Part shown: piece after piece, positions 6,531-9,994 of the stretch | Numbering within the stretch: position 1 is the first letter of the stretch | Layout of the letters: each line of letters starts with the position of its first letter | Origin: a virus | Lineage: Duplodnaviria; Heunggongvirae; Uroviricota; Caudoviricetes | DNA: 9,994 nucleotides | Reading direction: 5' to 3' (one strand) | Virus record (IMG/VR): IMGVR_UViG_2541047778_000017 | Position numbers and translations under genes: made by a program | The notes under the pieces: model-generated | What the model was told of the DNA's origin: nothing | Database searches by the model: none | What the model saw: the letters and a program-made list of their open reading frames with translations, nothing else

Positions 6531-6807
6531 TTCTGCAATTCCGGGACGTTACACTGCTCAGGCACCTTATAAAGCGGGTGCCGGGCGTGGAAACCCGAAA
6601 TTCAATATAGAGCACAACCGCGCTCATGCGGTTTTTTCGTGTCATGAGCATCGTTACGCCCAAATTATGGTGGGGCGTGCAGGGCCAACTTCGGTTGGGC
6701 CGGGTTCTATGTTGACCGGTATTTCCACCCCTGTACGTCTCACCACCTATATGGTCGTGGAAAGCCTTGGTGGTGAGTTCATTGAATTCAACATAGGGGC
6801 TGTCACC

Positions 6808-7353
6808 ATGACTACTCTCCCAACCCAATCTCACCCTGAAATCACGATTATCAATGGTCGCGTTGTTACCACATCTTTTGCAGTAGCTAATTACTTTACT
6901 AAACGGCATGAGCGGGTTTTAGATAGAATTAGAAACCTCGAATGTTCCGCTGAATTTACTGAACACAATTTTGTGTTAAGTGAATACACCGACGCATCAG
7001 GCCGCAAACTCCCTTGTTACCAAATCACCCGCGACGGTTTTGCGTTTCTTGCCATGGGCTTCACTGGTAAACGTGCTGCCCGGTTCAAAGAGGCATACAT
7101 AAATGCCTTTAACCAGATGGAAAAACTGCTTTCAAAGCCATCCACGCTGAGCGATGCCGCAGATAACGCCAGCGTGCTTTACTCCCACCTGTCGGTAATC
7201 CACAAGGTCTGGCTGCAGCAGCTTTATCCCATGTTGGCAAAAGCCGAATCCCCGCTGGCTGTAAGTCTGTATGACCGCATCAACGACGCGGCGCTACTGG
7301 CCAGTCTCATAAATTTGTCGCTGAACCCTTCAGAGGTAAGGGGGCGCAAATGA
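6808..7353 (+). CDS. Rha-family phage regulatory protein (181 aa from ATG 6808; the frame is open upstream to ATG 6202)
   Basis: MTTLPTQSHPEITIINGRVVTTSFAVANYFTKRHERVLDRIRNLECS...YQITRDGFAFLAMGFTGKRAARFKEAYINAFNQME matches my recollection of the Phage_pRha domain, which is normally N-terminal. AGGGG lies 8 nt upstream of ATG 6808. The 202 in-frame codons upstream are His/Ser/Arg/Gly-rich and poor in Asp/Lys, which argues against their being coding, although the ATG at 6202 overlaps the cII-like stop (ATGA). Confidence 0.65.
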   Translation: MTTLPTQSHPEITIINGRVVTTSFAVANYFTKRHERVLDRIRNLECSAEFTEHNFVLSEYTDASGRKLPCYQITRDGFAFLAMGFTGKRAARFKEAYINAFNQMEKLLSKPSTLSDAADNASVLYSHLSVIHKVWLQQLYPMLAKAESPLAVSLYDRINDAALLASLINLSLNPSEVRGRK

Positions 7354-7574
7354 TCCGGAATATTTTCAAACGGTTTACCAATCATACTTTCCGTTGTCCT
7401 CGTCCGGGTCAGTGGTACACCACGCCTGCAGGGCATGTTCTACGTGTTAGCCTGGTTGACCGTGAATGTCAGAAGGTGGTTTGTGAACCGCTGGGCCGTA
7501 ATTACCGCGTCAGTATGCCGCTTATAGCCTTTTGCTCCGGAAAAATGTTTAAGCGTCTGGGAGGTGTGGCGTGA
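7350..7574 (+). CDS. small hypothetical protein (74 aa)
   Basis: ATG 7350 overlaps the Rha stop (ATGA) with a G-rich SD (AGGTAAGGGGG) upstream; its stop overlaps the next GTG start (GTGA). No family recognised. Confidence 0.5.
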   Translation: MIRNIFKRFTNHTFRCPRPGQWYTTPAGHVLRVSLVDRECQKVVCEPLGRNYRVSMPLIAFCSGKMFKRLGGVA

Positions 7575-7870
7575 ACTGTTTTCAGTTTGTGTGCGGATGT
7601 GCTTTCGATAACCCGATTCAGCGCCTGATTATGTTGCGTGTTTTGATGTCGGGTTCTTCAGACGGTGAAGGCGAGAGAGTTATTGATCATCAGGTGCTTG
7701 CTGATTTCTGCTGTTGTTCTAAGCAAGCGATATTCAGGGAAACCCTGGCACTGGAAAGAGCTGGTTATCTTCATATCCGAAAAATTGCAACGCTTACTAT
7801 TGATGCAAAAGCCAGACTACAACCTGCGCGTGGCTACACAATTCTCATGCTGCGGAAGGAGGTTGTATGA
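7571..7870 (+). CDS. hypothetical protein (99 aa), possibly winged-helix
   Basis: GTG 7571 with GGAGG 7 nt upstream; stop TGA 7868-7870 overlaps the ATG of the replication gene (ATGA). The segment VLADFCCCSKQAIFRETLALERAGYLHIRK resembles a DNA-binding helix pair. Confidence 0.5.
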   Translation: MNCFQFVCGCAFDNPIQRLIMLRVLMSGSSDGEGERVIDHQVLADFCCCSKQAIFRETLALERAGYLHIRKIATLTIDAKARLQPARGYTILMLRKEVV

Positions 7871-8862
7871 GCCGTTACGCCCCCACACCGGAAGTTATGG
7901 CTATTGGTCAAATTAATATTTCCGGCAATGTTACACCTGCGACCTGGTGGAAATATATTCGACTACCCAGTGGGCGTCCGGATGCGACGGCTATCGCTCT
8001 GCTTTCAGAGATCGTTTACTGGTACCGCCCGACAGAGGTCAGGGATGAGCACACCGGAGCGTTGCTGGGATATCGCAAGCGTTTTCAGGGCGACAAACTG
8101 CAAAGAAGCTACCAGGCGTTTGCTGAGCAGTTTGGTTTCGGGAAAAGGGAAACCGCAGATGCGCTGAAGCGTCTGCGCGATGCAGGGTTTATTACTCTGG
8201 ATTTACGCACGGTGGAAATGCTCGATGGGGTGAAATGCAGCAATATTTTGTTTGTCGGGATCAACCCACAGGCAATTGCGGCCATCACCACACCTTCTTC
8301 TGTTTCGCCAGAAAGTAACAGCAATAATGCAATCAGCGATACAGCTATTACGTTAAAACGGAACACCCCCCGACGTCATAACGGAACAGGGGATACGCCG
8401 AATGTTGATACAAATACAGAGATTACTACAGAGATTACTACAGAGATTACAACGGAGACTAAAAACACTATTGGCGCATCCGCTGACGCGTCTGCACCAG
8501 CGCGTTCTGCCAGACAGGAATATTCACCGGAATTTGAACAGGCCTGGCAGGAATATCCCAAACGTGCTGGTGGTAATTCAAAATCCGCCGCTTTTAAAGC
8601 CTGGAAAGCCCGAATCAGGGAAGGTGTGACACCCGAAACCATGCTCGACGGTGTGAAACGCTATGCCGCCTGGGTGCGTGTCTCTGGAAATACCGGTACC
8701 CAGTTCGTGAAGCAGGCGTCGACGTTCTTTGGTCCGGATCGTCATTTCGAAGAATCCTGGGAAGTTCCTGCGGTATCTGCAGTCAGACGCGAGGACCCGT
8801 ACTTCAAAGCCAGTTACGACAACGTGGACTACAGCCAGATCCCGGCAGGATTCAGGGGGTGA
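7867..8862 (+). CDS. phage replication initiation / replisome-organizer protein (O-like N-terminal DNA-binding domain, DnaD-like C-terminal domain), 331 aa
   Basis: Perfect AGGAGG 4 nt upstream of ATG 7867. N-terminal winged-helix-like region (ALKRLRDAGFITLDLRT), a low-complexity linker encoded by tandem repeats (NTEITTEITTEITTETK), and a C-terminal EFEQAWQEYPKRAGG...KAWKARI...FFGPDRHFEESWE block that matches the pattern F..W..YP.K......A...W of DnaD-like/replisome-organizer C-terminal domains as I recall it. Confidence 0.7.
   Translation: MSRYAPTPEVMAIGQINISGNVTPATWWKYIRLPSGRPDATAIALLSEIVYWYRPTEVRDEHTGALLGYRKRFQGDKLQRSYQAFAEQFGFGKRETADALKRLRDAGFITLDLRTVEMLDGVKCSNILFVGINPQAIAAITTPSSVSPESNSNNAISDTAITLKRNTPRRHNGTGDTPNVDTNTEITTEITTEITTETKNTIGASADASAPARSARQEYSPEFEQAWQEYPKRAGGNSKSAAFKAWKARIREGVTPETMLDGVKRYAAWVRVSGNTGTQFVKQASTFFGPDRHFEESWEVPAVSAVRREDPYFKASYDNVDYSQIPAGFRG
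8416..8460. repeat. tandem 12-bp repeat (ACAGAGATTACT, about 3.75 copies) inside the replication initiator gene; candidate origin iterons
   Basis: ACAGAGATTACT at 8416-8427 and 8428-8439, ACAGAGATTACA at 8440-8451, partial ACGGAGACT at 8452-8460. A separate 9-bp direct repeat AACGGAACA occurs at 8356-8364 and 8379-8387, just upstream. Confidence 0.8.
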
Positions 8863-8864
8863 GC

Positions 8865-9194
8865 ATGAGTCTTTTGAATGACGTTCAGAAATTCATTGAA
8901 GCCCATCCGGGGTGTACTTCCGGAGACATTGCGGATGCTTTTGCTGGTTACTCACGGCAGCGCGTTCTGCAGTCAGCAAGCAAGTTACGTCAGAGTGGGC
9001 GTGTGGCTCACCGTTGTGAAGGAGATACACGCAGACATTTCCCACGCCTGACTGAGAGAGCGCAGGATCCGGAACCACAACCAGTTCGTGAAACCAGACC
9101 TGTGCGCAATTTCTATGTCGGCACTAACGACCCGCGGGTGATTTTGTGCCTGACCCGCCAGGCGGAAAAACTGGTCAGGGAGATGGCGGCATGA
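8865..9194 (+). CDS. hypothetical protein (109 aa from ATG 8865; alternative GTG at 8859 overlaps the upstream stop)
   Basis: GGGGG at 8855-8859 lies 5 nt upstream of ATG 8865; its stop TGA 9192-9194 overlaps the next ATG (ATGA). N-terminal region (FIEAHPGCTSGDIADAFAGYSRQRVLQSASKLRQSGRV) looks winged-helix-like. No family recognised. Confidence 0.5.
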   Translation: MSLLNDVQKFIEAHPGCTSGDIADAFAGYSRQRVLQSASKLRQSGRVAHRCEGDTRRHFPRLTERAQDPEPQPVRETRPVRNFYVGTNDPRVILCLTRQAEKLVREMAA

Positions 9195-9517
9195 CGACGT
9201 TAACTCAATGCCAGCAGCAGGTGCTGGATATGCTGATTTCTTATCAGAAAGAACGTGGCTTCCCGCCAACCAATCAGGAGGTGGCAACCATGCTGGGATA
9301 CCGTTCAGTGAATGCAGCGGTGGAGCATCTTCGCGCACTGGAGAAAAAAGGCGTCATCACGATAAAGCGTGGCGTGGCCCGGGGCATCACGCTTCATACC
9401 GCGGTGAAGGACGACGACAGCGAGGCGGTCGGGATTATCCGCTCACTGCTTGCCGGTGAGGAAAACGCAAGGCTGCGTGCAACCCACTGGTTACATGAGA
9501 GGGGCCTGAAAGTATGA
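9191..9517 (+). CDS. LexA N-terminal DNA-binding-domain protein lacking the S24 peptidase domain (108 aa)
   Basis: MTTLTQCQQQVLDMLISYQKERGFPPTNQEVATMLGYRSVNAAVEHLRALEKKGVITIKRGVARGITL aligns by eye with the E. coli LexA N-terminus (LT.RQQEV...I......G.PPT..EIA..LG.RS.NAA.EHL.AL.RKGVI......SRGI.L). No Ser/Lys peptidase motifs follow. GGAG 7-10 nt upstream of ATG 9191. Confidence 0.7.
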   Translation: MTTLTQCQQQVLDMLISYQKERGFPPTNQEVATMLGYRSVNAAVEHLRALEKKGVITIKRGVARGITLHTAVKDDDSEAVGIIRSLLAGEENARLRATHWLHERGLKV

Positions 9518-9903
9518 AGCTGATCCTGCCTTTTCCGCCCAGCGTGAACACGTACTGGCGACACCCCAACAAAGGGGCGTTTGCTGGTAAGAGCCTGATA
9601 AGCGCGGCGGGGCGAAAATTCCAGAGCGCGGCGTGCGCAGCAATAGTTGAGCAGTTACGTCGTCTGCCGAAACCAACGTCGGCACCTGCTTCAGTGGAGA
9701 TCGTGTTGTTTCCTCCGGATAACAGGATCCGCGATCTGGACAACTATAACAAGGCGCTGTTTGACGCCCTGACCCACGCGGGGGTGTGGGAAGACGACAG
9801 TCAGGTGAAAAGAATGCTGGTGGAGTGGGGACCGGTTATCCCGGAAGGGAAGGTCGAGATCACTATCAGTAAGTACGAGAAAACGGCGGGTGCAGCTGCC
9901 TGA
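9514..9903 (+). CDS. rusA: RusA-type Holliday junction resolvase (129 aa)
   Basis: LPFPPSVNTYWRH and RDLDNYNKALFDALTHAGVWEDDSQV match conserved RusA motifs, including the catalytic acidic cluster region. ATG 9514 overlaps the upstream stop (ATGA). Confidence 0.85.
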   Translation: MKLILPFPPSVNTYWRHPNKGAFAGKSLISAAGRKFQSAACAAIVEQLRRLPKPTSAPASVEIVLFPPDNRIRDLDNYNKALFDALTHAGVWEDDSQVKRMLVEWGPVIPEGKVEITISKYEKTAGAAA

Positions 9904-9922
9904 TTAAGAGGAGAAACGAAGT

Positions 9923-9994
9923 ATGAATAATCTGATGGTCATTGATGGTATTGAAGTTCGTCGTGATGCTTATGGGCGTTACAGCCTGAACGAT
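9923..9994 (+). CDS. 5' end of a gene truncated by the window edge (MNNLMVIDGIEVRRDAYGRYSLND...), possibly a KilA-N-type protein
   Basis: Strong RBS AGAGGAGAA 9 nt upstream of ATG 9923. The opening motif (IDG..VR.D..GRY.LNDL) resembles the start of KilA-N-type prophage proteins as I recall them. Only 24 codons are in the window. Confidence 0.35.
   Translation, partial: MNNLMVIDGIEVRRDAYGRYSLND

Noticed and set aside
6487-6909. 140-aa minus-strand ORF spanning the cII-Rha interval and the Rha start
   Set aside because: Cys/His/Arg-rich composition, no RBS, and it overlaps the Rha start on the opposite strand. Kept only as a caveat for the interval finding.
7224-7436. 70-aa minus-strand ORF across the Rha and 74-aa gene junction
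   Set aside because: Antisense to two translationally coupled genes.
8416-8460. Considered whether the short tandem repeats could be a CRISPR array
   Set aside because: The units are only 12 bp and contiguous, with no spacers, and they lie inside a coding sequence.
7665-8642. ORFs 7665..7916 (+), 7904..8167 (+), 8109..8366 (-), 8376..8642 (-) and 8402..8629 (+) overlapping the replication initiator gene
   Set aside because: All are alternate-frame or antisense to a long gene with a perfect RBS and recognisable domains. Several are low-complexity artefacts of the tandem repeat (for example LLQRLLQRLQRRL).
8893-9743. ORFs 8893..9078 (-), 8985..9338 (-), 9208..9459 (+), 9435..9743 (-) and 9491..9685 (-) overlapping the 109-aa, LexA-DBD and rusA genes
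   Set aside because: Shadow ORFs in a GC-rich region; the plus-strand genes are supported by start-stop coupling and recognisable motifs.
1-9994. Looked for tRNA genes, integrase/attachment sites, IS elements and further SOS boxes
   Set aside because: No cloverleaf-like T-loop motifs, no tyrosine or serine recombinase ORF, no terminal inverted repeats bounding a transposase, and no other CTGT-N8-ACAG site were found by eye. tRNAscan-SE, ISfinder and a LexA PWM scan would be needed for certainty.

Overview
This window reads as the early/immunity and replication region of a mosaic lambdoid-type prophage from an enterobacterium, with an accessory module at the left end. All calls are by-eye readings of the six-frame track and raw sequence; no database search was run. 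Leftward (minus strand): a LexA/cI-type S24 repressor (4605..5297), a rho-independent terminator, a ~720-bp ORF-free leader carrying two perfect stem-loops, then genes resembling yfdP, yfdQ and yfdR of the E. coli K-12 CPS-53 cryptic prophage (recognised from memory), then an AT-rich two-gene module (4-TM membrane protein plus a small PrtN-like protein) ending at a bidirectional terminator (~652-680). Converging on that terminator from the left are a PemK/MazF-fold toxin-like ORF (1..420) and a 57-aa ORF below the track's size cut-off. Rightward (plus strand): a Cro-like HTH protein, a CII-like regulator, an enigmatic ~600-bp interval, a Rha-family protein, two small ORFs, a replication initiator with internal iteron-like repeats, a 109-aa ORF, a LexA-DNA-binding-domain-only protein, RusA, and the first 24 codons of a possible KilA-N-type protein. 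Most rightward genes are joined by ATGA/GTGA start-stop overlaps. No integrase, attachment site, N-like antiterminator, tRNA, CRISPR array or IS element is visible. The best candidates for something undescribed are the AT-rich membrane-protein module, the orphan toxin-like gene with its small neighbour, the structured ORF-free leader, the cII-Rha interval with a LexA-box-like palindrome, and the stand-alone LexA-DBD protein.
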